Origin: Antedon mediterranea
Taxonomy: Eukaryota > Animalia > Echinodermata
Length of the DNA: 64,000 nucleotides
Direction: 5' to 3'
Assembly: GCF_964355755.1 (NCBI RefSeq)
Contig: NC_092676.1
Coordinates: 16,882,871 to 16,946,870, forward strand
How positions within the stretch are numbered: position 1 is the first letter of the stretch; the number at the start of each line of letters is the position of its first letter. The notes below the pieces were generated by a model that worked only from the letters and a program-made list of their open reading frames with translations, was not told where the DNA came from and made no database searches. Made by a program: the position numbers and the translations under genes. Positions 50,909-64,000 of this stretch are shown here, piece by piece.

Positions 50909-53900
50909 ATGGATAAAAAGGTAAATTATTTTCCTCTTATCTTATTTATACCTTGGTTTACTTTACAACTATTAATTATATATATATATACAGCATTGTT
51001 ATACTTTTATATATATAAACAAATCAGGCAAAGAACATTAATTTTAAACCGCCCGGTGATATACTGAAATTTAATTAATTAATTTGAAACGATAAAGATG
51101 AGGAAATCTGTGAGAATGAGGAAAATATATATATATATATTTCAAATTTTTTTTATACACTTTGAAGTATTCTATTCCCTTATGTTGTAACATTAACGCT
51201 CAGCATGATGTTTAACTTGTATGATTAAACACAAATTAAACGCCTAGTTTTTAATGTGTAAGCATAGAATAGACTGATATTCGTTCCTGCCAAGTATTTA
51301 TGATTCCAAATTATCATTAATTTATATTTTTTTTAATGGTTTTATTATACGCATTCTATTTCAGCACTCGGTGTTTGTAATAATCGTTATAGCAGTTTTT
51401 ACAATAGAATTCATTTTGAAAGCATCAATTAAGCCTACATTTCAAGAACGAAAAACTTTCTATCCAGTGGTTCAACCGTAAGTATCTATATATAAATTTA
51501 CGTAAGGGCAAAATTCGGTAAATCGCGCCTTACTTCTAGAATTTTCACTCGATGGTATGTAAAGTTGGTTCGTACTTTCGGTACTGATTTTAACCGCCTG
51601 ATGTAACCCTGTTTACTAATTAAATTGAGTTAGATAATTAGTTATTGACGATTAAAACGAATTTAGGTTCAAAGATTTGCCCCAAATAGGGGTGTTTTCC
51701 GATCGTGGTATACACTGTCTAATGGATGTCCATCTTGAAAAATACCCGCCAAAAAAATGCGAGGAGGCTTCGCATTTTTCTATCTCCTCCTACGATAATT
51801 GTTTTTAATAGCTGAAAACCGGTTGAACAGCTAGAGTACACCATCATAATGTTGAAGACAGGCCGATTTTCTTTAAAAAATACTATTTTGATAGATTTAA
51901 TATACGATTATACAAATGTATTGATTTGCGATGAATGGAACATCCCAATCTCTCAGTCTGCCAGAGTTTTAACACAAGTACTGTAGGTAAATTTATGAGC
52001 CCTTGGTTTAACACATACGGTAGGTAAATATATGGGCCCTTTGAGAATAAACTTGCAATACTTTGACAATACTGTAAATACCTATTAACTATTTTTCATT
52101 TGAATCGAACATTTCTTACTGTGAATGTTCGTACTGTTAGATGTAATATAAAAATATATACAAATAAACTTTATTACTGAGACTGTGGATAGGCTCTACT
52201 GTTAGATATACAAATAAACTTTATACTGACAGTTCCTTCTCAACGTTTGTATTAATTAATAATTACCAAAAATATAAACGTCGTAGTGGTGTATCATGAC
52301 ATGTACTTTAATATTTCAATCGATTATGACAGTGACAGTTTTAACAAAGTATTAAATCGCAAATGTTTTAGGCCTACTGTATTTAGAGGTATATTATTTA
52401 TAGGCCTATAAAACATGAACAAAATATTTCGTTACTCAGTGGATAAAGAATATATTTAAAAATTGTTCCTCTTTGTACCTATCCGCTTTCCCATCCCTCA
52501 ACCCTAATGTTACATAGCGAGGAGGCTTCGCATTTTCCTATCTCCTCCTACGATAATTGTTTTTAATAGCTGAAAACCGGTTGAACAGCTAGAGTACACC
52601 ATCATAATGTTGAAGACAGGCCGATTTTCTTTAAAAAATACTATTTTGATAGATTTAATATACGATTATACAAATGTATTGATTTGCGATGAATGGAACA
52701 TCCAGTTTGGTTTAACACAAGTACTGTAGGTAAATTTATGAGCCCTTGGTTTAACACATACGGTAGGTAAATATATGGGCCCTTTGAGAATAAACTTGCA
52801 ATAGGTTCGGAAAATGTTAAAAAACCAATTTCTATTATTTTAATCGGTAAACAGTTTCCATTTATTATACATTGATAATGAAACATGAAATATTCCTTTT
52901 TATGTCCCTCGAGGTTCATTACAATTTATATTTAGTAGTCCCACGGACTTCATCTTAGCCACTCCCCCGAGTGCTAAGGCCAAATTTATGATACCCTACT
53001 TTCTATGTAAGTTTAGTTACAGTTAGTTCTTGACGATAATACAACGAATTTAGGTTACACCCTTCGGCCGCGAAAACGTTTCTGTACAAATATGATACCG
53101 ATTGGCTTTATTTCATTCAACAGCGACCATAATCTCGCCAATTACAGGATAGATAAACTATTTTATTATTGATGTGCTTATAAATTAAGACTCATGTAAA
53201 CAGCTTGATTACATCATTTTACAGACAAACGAAACTTTTTTAAACCTACTGTTTCAATAACTGAGTATAATACTGTATACGTTTTCATAAGTAAGTGCAT
53301 ATACATTTTCGTGTTTTCATTGACGAGATTGTAATAGTAACTTCAGTAACTATTACAGTACTTATTTATTATACGACACAAGACAATTGTATCTGACAGG
53401 TACGTACATTATTCTAAAAAATAAGTCTAGATAGATCCCTTAGGCGTCATAAATCACAGGCCAACAAATCAGTACTCATGACAGAAATTCGACCCAGTTT
53501 GGTTCACACAAATGTTTACAGGAAGTTCAACACCACAACCGATGATTTGCCCTAAATATTTAGGTAGACTACAGTTTAATTTTTCACTGAATAGGAGCTT
53601 GAATTTCCGATTTCCATTTCGCAGAATGTCTAGGTCTATTTATTTAGTTTGGTTCTTATAATATATAAATACAATCAACTTTATTACTGCGGTTCCATCA
53701 CCACAACCACGTGCCGCCGCCCAATTCCCGTACATACATTTCCATTTCTCCCTAATTTCTTTAATCCACATAAATTAATTGTCCTTTATGGAATCCAGTA
53801 TTGGTTTTGTTGTCTCTATTTCTGAATACCCCAATTAGGGGGACACTTCCGTTTTTGTTTAGTGTCCCAAAAAAGTCCCCGTCCGTGGATTCTACTGTAT

Positions 53901-55205
53901 TCGAGAACCATCTGTGAGCACCCCTAGATGGTACGCGAGCGAAGCGAGCGTGCCATCTAGTAATAATAATTAGTAAAACATCGTGATATTATATAACGCG
54001 TCATCATATTAACTTTTGCTTGATTCAGAAAGATATTTATTCTTAATTGTTTACTATATTTGAGATCCTAATTATTTTCTGTCACTTGCCTAACAATACT
54101 GTTCAAGTTGAAATAGTTCGTATGATTTTTTTTCAGGTCTCACTATGCCGGCCTACGTAGGTGTGAGCCAAAGAAGAACCTTGTGTTTATAAAAACGCAC
54201 AAAACTGGTGGAACCACAATATCATCTATACTACAACGTTATGCATTGTACAATAAATTGCAAACCTTCGTTAAATCACGTGGAACCCTGGGCTATAAAA
54301 ACAAAGAATTGGACTTTAATACCGTAAAACAGTTATTACCTCCAATGGGTGTCGCAAGAGGGAACTATACTGCATATAAGTATAATTTATTTTTTTCTCA
54401 TGCTGTCTATAACCGGACAGTTTATGCATCCTTTATGGAGAAAAACGCAAAATATATAACTATACTACGTCAACCTGTTACTCAATTTGAGTCAATCGTT
54501 GATTATTACTCACTTTTTGACGGTGGAGATAACACAAAACTCAGTAAAACTCAGAAATTAAAAAACTTTATGAAAAATCCCATGTTAAATTGGAAGAAGC
54601 TTTTTTCTAGAAACTCTAAAAAATTTACCCATAACAATCAAATTTGGGATTTGGGTGTTAATCCAGAACTGGACATCCATGACGAATTTGTCGATAAAGA
54701 AATTAAAAGATTGGACAATGGACTATTAAAGAAATTAATGTGTTGGAGATTTGAAGATATTGTTTACTTGGCCCACAATCAAAGATCTGAACGTGCATCA
54801 TTAGATATTGATCTTTCAAAAAAGATAGCAAAGTGGAACGCAATAGATATGAAACTCTATTCTTATTTCAAAAAGCGATTTGATGATCAGATTAGGACTT
54901 ATGGCCCAACGTTTGAAACAGATTTAACCGCGTTCAGAAACATGACATCGTTTCTATATAATACATGTGTTGCTGCCGAAGTAAAAAGAAAATCATCTAA
55001 TAGACTTGTGTACAAATATACGAGAGACGCCCTAGAAAGAAACGCACATTACTGTAACAAAAATAACTCAATGAATGTGTGTGATTTTGGTAGTGGATAT
55101 GTGTTAACACTTGATTTAAGTAGGCTGTGTACAATAAGTGTACTTACAGAACGACCTATGATTATGCTGCTTAAGAAAATGATGAATGAATATGCCATTG
55201 GTTAA
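50909..55205 (+). CDS. Galactose-3-O-sulfotransferase-like (GAL3ST family) type II membrane protein, 397 aa; possibly defective
   Basis: Exons 50909-50920 (MDKK), 51365-51477 (TM anchor SVFVIIVIAVFTIEFIL), 54137-55205, phase-consistent; 5'-PSB FIKTHKTGGTT, 3'-PB YITILRQPVTQFES, NNQIWDLG, LMCW.FEDIVY, WNAIDMKLYSYF. Confidence 0.88.
51759..52803. repeat. Direct duplication of a ~285-bp block (51759-52040 and 52517-52803) in GAL3ST-like intron 2
   Basis: gcgaggaggcttcgcattt...ttgagaataaacttgcaata is near-identical in both copies. Confidence 0.9.
53924..53960. repeat. Short hairpin ending in CTAG, possibly a Helitron-like terminus
   Basis: ctagatggtacgc-gagcgaagcga-gcgtgccatctag followed by T. 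Confidence 0.4.
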
Positions 55206-56379
55206 TTATTTATTTAGGAAGGGATTAGGAAGGTATAGGACTATAATACTACATTTCCTTCTAAAATGTTTCTCGTAGACTGACAAAATTGAATATTGGG
55301 GCATTTTTATGAAAGCATTTTCGAACTATAGACGGCGCTATCAACATTTGGAAATTATATCATATATAGGGCGCAAATAAATAATCTAAAGATACCGTAA
55401 ATCTTCTAATTGTAACCCTTGGTTGTTTTTTAGGGTGGGTTGCTATTAAAGGGGGGGGGGGGGGTTACTATTAGAGTAGTGGGTTACTATTACTAATCTT
55501 AAATTACCTGAAAATAGTTTTTTTCAGGATGATAAATACATTTTTTAGATCAAATTTTTTGTCAAAGTGGATAACATTTATTTGACATTAAAATGGCATA
55601 TTCAAGAAAAACAATTTTAACAATACTTAAATTACATATTTAAGCAAAACAACGTTAAAATCAATGTACTTAAAGTCAAGGAATCATGGAATAAACTCTC
55701 TAGTCTAAATTCTGTCTATAGGCCAATTTAAAGACTTCACAAATGTTTAATATTTAGGAAAATATACAAAAATTATAGCTTACAATAAAAAGTAGTATCA
55801 ATATTTAACAATTCTAGCCTAAAACCCATGTTTTTGTAAGGTATTTAAAAGTCAATGATGATACAACATTTGAATGAACATTTCAATTTGTTTATTAGGT
55901 CTAAAATAGTGTTTTTTTATTTTGCATTTATTATTTTAAGGACTGATTTTTGTTTATTTATGAAGTGATATTTAAGATTTGCTTCAAGAATTGTCCCCGC
56001 TTTTTGTTTAAATCAATATTCCTATTGTTGTTGTCGTTGTTATTTTCACATTTACAAAGAAAATAAAAACTTTGCCATTGTCATCTAAATTGATTTCGTA
56101 TGATTCTTATTTACTCAAATGTAGGCCTAACAAAAAGATGTAATTTATTTAATTGAGTCCTATCAATCATCAATCAATCAATTAATTAGTTTTCTTTAGC
56201 TCCATTGTATTTATATAACATAATCTCCTGTGACCGTATCAGTTGTAAGTTGTATATCGATGAAATTATAATCATTGATGCCAAAGAATTTAATCAATAG
56301 GCCTTTTTCCTGGCGTTACACTCTGTTGGGATGAGACAGAAGTGTCCTACCCGTACTTATGTAGGGAATCCCTTATGTA

Positions 56380-56555
56380 TAGCGCCGCTTTGCGGAAGTG
56401 AATAGATATAAGCAAGGAGGATTCAGGAAGCTCTAATTGCTGACTATATTTAGCAAGATTTAACAGGAATCAGACAGGTGGTTGAGTTACTTAGCCCGCT
56501 GGTTTAAAAACTGTAGTTGTTTACTTTGTTAGTCAGCTCAAATCAAGGCTTTAAG
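56380..56555 (+). promoter_or_regulatory. Putative promoter and 5' UTR of the EF-hand gene
   Basis: ETS site GCGGAAGTG (56392), TATA-like GATATATAAG (56405), local GC rise upstream of AAGATGGC. Confidence 0.5.
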
Positions 56556-56609
56556 ATGGCTGAAATTAGTGATGAAGCTTTAGCTGAATTAAAAGAAACA
56601 TTTGCAGAG
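56556..56609 (+). CDS. First coding exon of an EF-hand protein, most like plastin/fimbrin (3'-partial; next exon not found in the window)
   Basis: aagATGG context; MAEISDEALAELKETFAE then GAG|GTATGT; resembles the first EF-hand helix of plastins (...ELKEAFAKVD); a calmodulin-like protein is not excluded. Confidence 0.6.
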
Positions 56610-58328
56610 GTATGTGTTCTTTGATTTTCTTTTTAACTACTAATGCAGGCTTGGCCTTTTTGTTTCGACAACGAGGAAGTAAGGAGTTCAGTCTGTCTGA
56701 GTCAGGCTGTTCAGTCTCTGTGCTTATTGTATGTACAGGAACGCATAAGCCTAGGCCTAGCATTATTTATGACATTATTAATGGAGTAACATTTGTGTTT
56801 CTACTAAATTGACGTTTAGATCGATTTAATGCTTTATTGGTACAGTATACTGTAGTATGCCTGGCCCGGCCCTATCTATTGATAATTTGTAGCCTTCTTT
56901 GCTATATTTAGTATGTTGGTGTTCAGCCAGAAGAGGGAGCCAGCTATCCATCAAAGGGTAGAGTGAAAATGTTAAATGTTGGTGGACCCATATTATATAT
57001 TTGAAAGTATTGAACCAAAGGCATGTTGTGTAATGTGTCAGCAATTGAATCTTTTATTTTATGCATTTTCCTCGAGATGTCCAGATTTGTTTTAAATCAT
57101 TAAATTATATTTCCTTGATATTGTGTTTACCTAGTCCTCCATCTGTAGTTTTATATTATTATCAGTGGATAAAATAAAGTGGGTTTCAAACATCCAATCC
57201 TGGGTGATTAATTAGGCCTACCGCTTGTTATTTAAAAAGTGATTATATGTGTTAAACAACAAACAAATAACAGCCTAGGAGTATAGTTGTCAAACTAGAA
57301 ATTGAAATCAACTTTTGTAAAAATTTTGGTTTTCATCTTTACCCAGTGGTAAGGGTAACATACAATTATCATAAACATATCCCTGTATATTAAAATATTT
57401 TTTTACACATGGTTAAATAACAATAATTTAGGAGAAATTAATGATTCAATATTGTTAATGATTAATGTTCCAGTCTATATGGCTTACTTTTATTAATTAT
57501 CTTCAGGACTGCAAAAAGAATATGGGCAGGACTACTAAGCATAGAGATAAGTTAACAGTTCTTTCACTTTCTGTTTTTTTTTTTTTTGTTCTTAAAATTA
57601 GTTAAGGAGTGAAATTGCCACTAACTAAAGTGAAAATCAAAATGTTCCATATTAAATAACCAAACCAGGAAGTTGAGTTAAACATTTGAAATATACTATA
57701 GTTCCTTGAGATACAGTAGTTTGATTCAGTATTTAATAACAATACAATGCCTACCGTATATAGAATGACAACAATGAAAATTAATTTAAATACATACTGT
57801 ACTGTACCAAGGGACCTTGCAAGCCTACAGTGATTTCCTTTTCTATGTGAACTTCTTTCTTTGATAACATTTCCCATAGTATATTAGCATAAGCCATTTA
57901 CTATTAAACAGTTTAATGGTGCCTTAAAAATGTATAAATTGTTACCGTATCACGAAGTAACACGTATCATAATAATATTTATTTTATCCCTAAAAAAGTT
58001 TAGCAATCCTAAAATTGTTTTGTACTTTGAGTACTGTAACCATTTAAAGCCTGTTGATTAGTTATTTATTGTGCAGCCTACTGTATACAGTAGTTACCAC
58101 TTTTTGGGAAAAAAAAACTTTATTAGAAGGTCTGGTTATTTTATCACGTATAAACTGTTGACTGGCATACAGTGCAGGTGTGTGTATGTGCCTGTATTAT
58201 TTTTTGCACAGCACTTAAAGTACATTCAATTCTCTAATGCTAAAAATGAATTTAGGATTGTTTGAACTTTGAACAAGAAAAGTCTGTATTAAGAGAGTTT
58301 TTAGTTTGGGAAAGTTGACTGTAGCTAC

Positions 58329-58742
58329 GGCGGGACGATTCGGACCTGAGACTATTCGGCCTGGGACGATTCGGCCAGGGACTATTCGGCCCAGAGACAA
58401 TTCGGCAGACTTAAATTTATCGGCTTTGATATGCATTTTATGAGCATAAAATAAGCTTTTTTCCCCAAACTTTATTTTCAGAGAGACTATGGGTTAGTAC
58501 TACTAGGGATAAAGATGCAACAAAGCAAACATTTTGAAAACATTGTCGTAAATGATAATTTTTTTAGTCACGCGAATGGTGTAAACAAGTTACGCCCTCT
58601 GTTGGCCGCTTGACGTCTAAAGTGAGACGTTTCGGCCCACAAAGTGAGATGTTTCACCCCAAAATTGGGCAGGATCGTCCCACCAAAAGTGGGCCGAATC
58701 GTTCCAGGCTGAATCGTCTTAGGGCCGAATCGTCCCGGATTC
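58329..58742. mobile_element. Non-autonomous DNA transposon with inverted 15-bp subterminal repeat arrays
   Basis: (GGGACGATTCGGCCN)n on the left; (GGCCGAATCGTCC)n ending in CCGGATTC on the right. Confidence 0.65.
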
Positions 58743-59356
58743 ACATGTACAACAGTGTAGAGTGTAAAGCTAATAGGACATCGTTCTTTTCCCACTATAC
58801 CCCTTCTACTTCCACAACACCCCTTTCACTCCCAACTTCATACCTACATTTCTCACAGGCATGTAATAAATAAAATTTAAGAAAGTGTTGGTACTCAATG
58901 AATGGAAAGGGTTTAACATCAGATTGATATTGTCTTTGTCTCAAACTTTTGATTAATGTTGAGATGAAATTTATGCTTCTGGTTTCAGTTTCACTGATTA
59001 AAATATCTATTTGATCTTTTTTTTTATTTTTGCTCGTTTAATGATAGGTTCTCTTTCTGCTACTAAGTAGCAGTAAGTAAATGAAGTGAAAAAGTGAAGT
59101 GAAAAAGCATACAGACCAGGTTGTTAATTTGTCATAATTTTTGTGAAGATATCAAATAGATCACAAATAGTTTTGATACAGTACTCATAAATTACCAATT
59201 TCTTTGCAACTCAAAAAAAAGAAAACACATAACTAGTCTTTTAAAAGCCTTTTTTGTTTGGCTATAGTAAGTAGCTGTAAAGTACTGTAAGCTGGTTTGT
59301 ATCCCAACAAAACTTGATTACGCACATGTTTTGTAGTAATTTTAGCAAGCCTAGTC

Positions 59357-59390
59357 CATAGATATTATTATTCACTATAATATCTCTATG
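59357..59390. mobile_element. 34-bp palindromic micro-element or excision scar with a 7-bp TSD
   Basis: CCTAGTC [CATAGATATTATTATTCACTATAATATCTCTATG] CCTAGTC. Confidence 0.7.
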
Positions 59391-59572
59391 CCTAGTCCAA
59401 TAAGCCAAATTGTTGGACCTGATCTTCAGATTGTGCCTGGCTTCCTCTGTTTGATCCAGGTTATTCCGTTAAACAGGAAATGATCAGGGATCTCCTTCAA
59501 ATATTTAAGCTTAAATGGTAGGATACCGCTTTTACTAACTTCATTTCCCTTTTTTGAACTGTTTAGGCCTAA

Positions 59573-60506
59573 CGCCCGTATTCTTAAACCGGACTTTAGT
59601 CGTAGTTGAAGCTAAAACTAAAAAAATGACGTCATTTTAATTCATAAACCGAACTTCAACTAAATCACCGACTAAATCAGGCCAACCTCGACTAAATCGA
59701 GACGGATTTTGATCGATTTTTTTAGTCCTGGAGGGGGCAGACTAAATGGTCGACTAAATGGTTTTTAAACGATGTTTATAAAAAACGTAACAGTCATTGA
59801 GTTGTTATATTGGCCAGATATTGAAGAATGAAATATCTATATTTATATTAGCTTAATTAAATATACATTGGTATAAATTATAATAATGAAAATCATCTTT
59901 ATTTACAACTGTATACAAATTACATTATTTTCTTCGCGCAAGTCCGACTTGAGCTACGTCACGCCATAGCGACAATGGGAGATGCGGCAATTCACCACGC
60001 GATGGAAGGTTTAGGGGGCCTAGCGCTTTCTTGTCACGCTATGAAGTGCGTGGTTCGTCGCGATCATACTTTGTTGGGGGCCTAGAAAATATAAAAGTTA
60101 CCGTACCGCCATGGTTCCTAAATCCTAAATTTTGTAGATTTTGTTTGTTGTTATTAACCAAAAGTACTTCACTGTTAAATTAATACTGATCTTGTTCTAA
60201 TAATTAACGATTAAAATTATTTTTCTTGTGTATAGTCCTGATGCGTAAAAAGTTTTGTAAGAAAATGGAAAGTGATATCAATGCGCAAAATTTCGTCTGC
60301 TCCACAAATACTCTCTTGTCATTGGCCAATGTATAGCCTTTAGTACCCAGACGTGTGAAACTCGACTAAAAGCTCGACTTCATTAAGTCGAACTGCAAAC
60401 TTCGACTACTTCGTTTTTGAATCGAATTTGAAGTAATAGCTCGAACTACGACTTTTCCAAGTCGAACTTCGAACTACGACTAAAGTCCGGTTTAAGAATA
60501 CGGGCG
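59573..60506. mobile_element. PIF/Harbinger-type MITE (934 bp)
   Basis: Perfect ~35-bp TIR CGCCCGTATTCTTAAACCGGACTTTAGTCGTAGTT; 3-bp TSD TAA on both sides; CGACTAAA subterminal repeats. Confidence 0.92.
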
Positions 60507-62916
60507 TAATACTACAGTATTGTAATTTTCTTTTCGAATTGATGCTTGGTAAGCCTATAAAAGTAGGTTATTGGTCCCTTGATAGCTGCAGAAAAGGCAG
60601 TCATATTTTGGTGCATTTACACAATTTGTAATTCCGAGATGTTCTCGGATATCTCATTCTTTTAATAAACATCAAGTTGTTTAATTTGTTGACACCTTTG
60701 GGCTGGTAAAATGTCTACTTTTCAAGAACGTCTGGTATTCGAAATGTGTTTTTAATGGTCTAAAAAGATTTGGGACCTTTTGGACCTAAAAAACAGGTTT
60801 TTTTTTAGATAGTTTTCGGTTTTTAGAGTAAATTGTGAGAGTTGACTGTATAACTATAATACATTTATATAATATATTTGATTACAATAATAACATCATT
60901 TTTACTAATGAGATTTACACTTTTTTTAAACACAGTATAAATAAATTATTAACTGAATGTTGTGAATTACCATAGTTTGTGTTTGCTTTCATTTCATATT
61001 CAAGAAGAATAATTTGACCATATATGGTGAAAGTGAGGTGAAAACATAAATAACAGTGAGTCATTAGAAAAAGAATTTGTGTGAGTGCTGATAGCATTAG
61101 AAAAGATTTTAGTATTAGAATCGTGAAAATTCTAAAGAAAAATGTATAATATTTGACCCTTGAAAGTGTACAGTTCAAGAACAACCTAATCCATATTAAA
61201 AATTTACAAATCTTGGGAATTAAGAAGGCAAGAATAAAATCATGAATCTTTTCCATATTTAGATTCTTTTTCAAAAAGTGTCAGTTACTTAATTCAGAAG
61301 TATGTATTGTGAATTAAAAAAACTATATTTCTAAAAATATCACAAGATCGTTTATCAACAAATCGAAGTCTGATGTTATGTATTTTTCTGTTGAAAAATA
61401 TTCATATAAAAAGATTAAAAGTGCACACATTATGCAATTTTGTGTATGGAATATAACAATTTAAAAAAAACATATTATTAATGCTAATGAATGTAATTAT
61501 AATTATTGCATTAGAACCAAAAGTTTATTAGATTGTTGAAAGGGGGAATACTGGGGAATGTTTGTCTTAAAATGTTGAAAGTTAAAATTACTGAAGTTTA
61601 CGATATAATAAATAAATGATGAACACAATATGCTATGTACATTAATAATTTACTTTTATAAGAAAAGCACTTAGCTATATAGCATGATCTCATTAATAAG
61701 TCCTCGCTCAGAAAGTGGAAAATGAAAGCAAAATGTGGGGGAATAATTGTGTCTTGCAGTGTAAACTGGGCTGAATAGCGCACAGTGTGTTGTCCCTTTT
61801 GTTGACAGCGCTAATTCCAACACACTAAAGAGTACCCTTACTCTTTTAAAAGATGCTCTGGTGCAGATGATGTGTCCTCCAGTTTTAATTCCTTATCCAA
61901 GAAGACTTGTTGCGAGGAAGAAATGAATGTGCCAAGTGCATTTCTGGTTTTCGACGTCCCTGCCTTACTATACAGTACTCGGCCACTGATTTAAAATCAA
62001 TAAGTAGTAGAGTAGATAATGTGATCACTTTTACTGTTAAGTCCATCATTTATTGAAGAACAGTTTTCGTAGTCTAATGATCTATGTTTATAGTCGTTGT
62101 TTGAAATAAGTCAGTAAACAGCAGTTACTGTATGCAAATATTTAAAAACCCCTGCACTTACTAAAAGTAGTGTCCTTAGTGAGCATAGTTCATTGATTGG
62201 TGTACTGTATACACATAGAGCACAGAAACTAGGTCTCTATGCTACATAGTCAAAACATCACCATAATTACTGTAGTTTACCTACAGTACCCTTTCTCTTC
62301 ATACTAAACTGAAGGGGTATTGCTAAACACCGCAACCCCCGCAAACCTCCAAAAAAACATAGCAAACCCCATCGAACCAACATAAAAGTGATTGAATCAT
62401 GTAGTGTACAACCTACTGGGTATATCCATGTAAAAAAAAAATTAAATTTCTACTGTTAACAACTTATTTTTTGGGTAAAACATCAGTTTTAATCAATAGA
62501 TATTTCTTTTTTGTACTTTGTGTACAATTACAGTATTTATTTGAATATACGCACCGCTTTGAATAAACGCCTCCCATACAGTAGAACATCATTTGGAATA
62601 AAGGCCCCCCTCGTATAAACGCCCATATTTATTGCCTCAAACGCACAACACTGGACTGTGCTATGTTCAGATTGCTAGAAAAATTATTACTATACGCATC
62701 CATTTATGACATATACACATTAAAGGTAATAAATTCTAATGCATTTGTGGACTTGTGTGGGAAGTATTTGTTTATATTGATAGTGCTTGACAAGATTATA
62801 ACATGGTTGTTGCAAAGGCGTGGTTATATACTGTGTGTAGAGCTGTTTGTACACTGCAATCACATACAATACAAGCTGATTTGAGATTTGAGAGGACTAT
62901 ATAAACATACATTATT

Positions 62917-63423
62917 AGGGAGTTTTCGCAATCTTACGAATATGATAACGAAAACGGATACGATAACGAAAACGGATACGTCACGCACATGTATTCGTTT
63001 TTCGTAAGCCAGTAAAAATCTGTTTCGCATGGCAATGAAATATTGAGGGTGCTGTCCAAAATATGACTGCAGTAAATTTGAGCGAAGCGCAGGTACGTGT
63101 TGCTTGGTGCTTGGCTACCTAGGCCTAGCGTAACATCAAAGCGAGTGAGGACTTTAAAACCTGGCATTTTAGTAAATTACTTTAGTAAATTACTTTCAAT
63201 AAAAGTATAATTATATTATAATCTTGAATCATTCCTGATTCAAATGCAAAATGTGCAAAATAGATCAAAAATTATACTCGTTTTGAAGTCAAGAATATGA
63301 CTGGTGATATTCGTCAACACAAATACGCTTTACGAATATGAAATGGAGATCAGCTCAAAAGTTTCACAAATTTGTGACGTATCCGTTTTCGTTATCGTAT
63401 TCGTAAGGTTGCAAAAACTCCCT
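62917..63423. mobile_element. MITE (507 bp) with long TIRs and ATT flanks (Harbinger-like)
   Basis: AGGGAGTTTTCGCAATCTTACGAATATGATAACGAAAACGGATACG / CGTATCCGTTTTCGTTATCGTATTCGTAAGGTTGCAAAAACTCCCT. Confidence 0.85.
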
Positions 63424-64000
63424 ATTATTATTATTATTATTAATTTTGGTGTTCTAGAATTTGATTAGCTAGTCCTAACTTAACTTAAAACCTTGAATAT
63501 GTTTTGGTTGACCAGATTCATACTACTGTAGCTTGCATAATCTACTACAGTATACTGTTTAGTTTGCACCACAGGTTCTTTTGTTATCCGAAAGAAAAGA
63601 GACACAAACTACTACCTGTAATGTTTATTTTGTATTCGCTTGATTGAATAATCACTGTACTGGAAAAACCAACCCCTTTAACCAAGTGACAGATATTGAA
63701 CACAAGCTAACCATGTAAATTTAGCAGTTAAGTGCCTAGGCCTATTCTTCAATGAAATTACTGATTAAATAATGTCTTACAAGTTATCCTTGATTTTTTT
63801 TTACTTGACAGCAGTAACTGGATAACTTCAAATAACAGGAACACTGGATAAATAAGAAAATAATAATAAGTTTTGTAAGAAACCCAAGTTATGATTGTCC
63901 AATGCAGACCCGTAGGCAGGGTGTGCGGAGAAAGTGGATTTATGATCAGATAAAACCAACTTTTACAGTGAACCTTCAAAACCTCTACAACAAAACAATC

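Noticed and set aside
58927-58956. Candidate second exon of the EF-hand gene (ag|ATT GAT ATT...) near 58923
   Set aside because: Reaches a stop within 10 codons and has no EF-hand loop
60915-61450. 119-aa minus-strand ORF, possibly an L1/Tx1 remnant
   Set aside because: Too decayed to assign by eye; no splice or motif support as a gene

Overview
AT-rich, intron-rich animal genomic DNA; a marine invertebrate such as an echinoderm is inferred from gene and repeat style, not proven. There are four protein-coding genes, all on the + strand. (1) The last 22 exons of a very large adhesion GPCR (1-16392): discoidin/F5-8C domain, furin site, 28-aa mucin-like repeat stalk, GAIN/GPS, a divergent 7TM and a ~900-aa acidic repetitive cytoplasmic tail. 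(2) A complete UAP1/AGX gene (CDS 27590-42229) with two candidate cassette micro-exons at the AGX1/AGX2 insert site and a full-length CR1 LINE in one intron. (3) A galactose-3-O-sulfotransferase-like gene (50909-55205) that appears to lack a conserved block. (4) The first coding exon of an EF-hand gene, probably plastin/fimbrin (56556-56609). Non-coding DNA holds two Penelope fragments with hammerhead ribozyme motifs, Helentron/DINE-like elements, hAT and Harbinger-like MITEs, LINE fragments and 26-bp and 40-bp satellites. The most unusual signal is a layer of apparent transposon excision scars: TACWGTA (one instance exactly explains the CR1 ORF2 frameshift), tiny CATRGA...TCYATG palindromes with 7-bp TSDs (one amplified inside a satellite) and possibly TAGGCCTA. 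Exon models were read by eye from GT-AG sites and phase continuity and are not transcript-validated.
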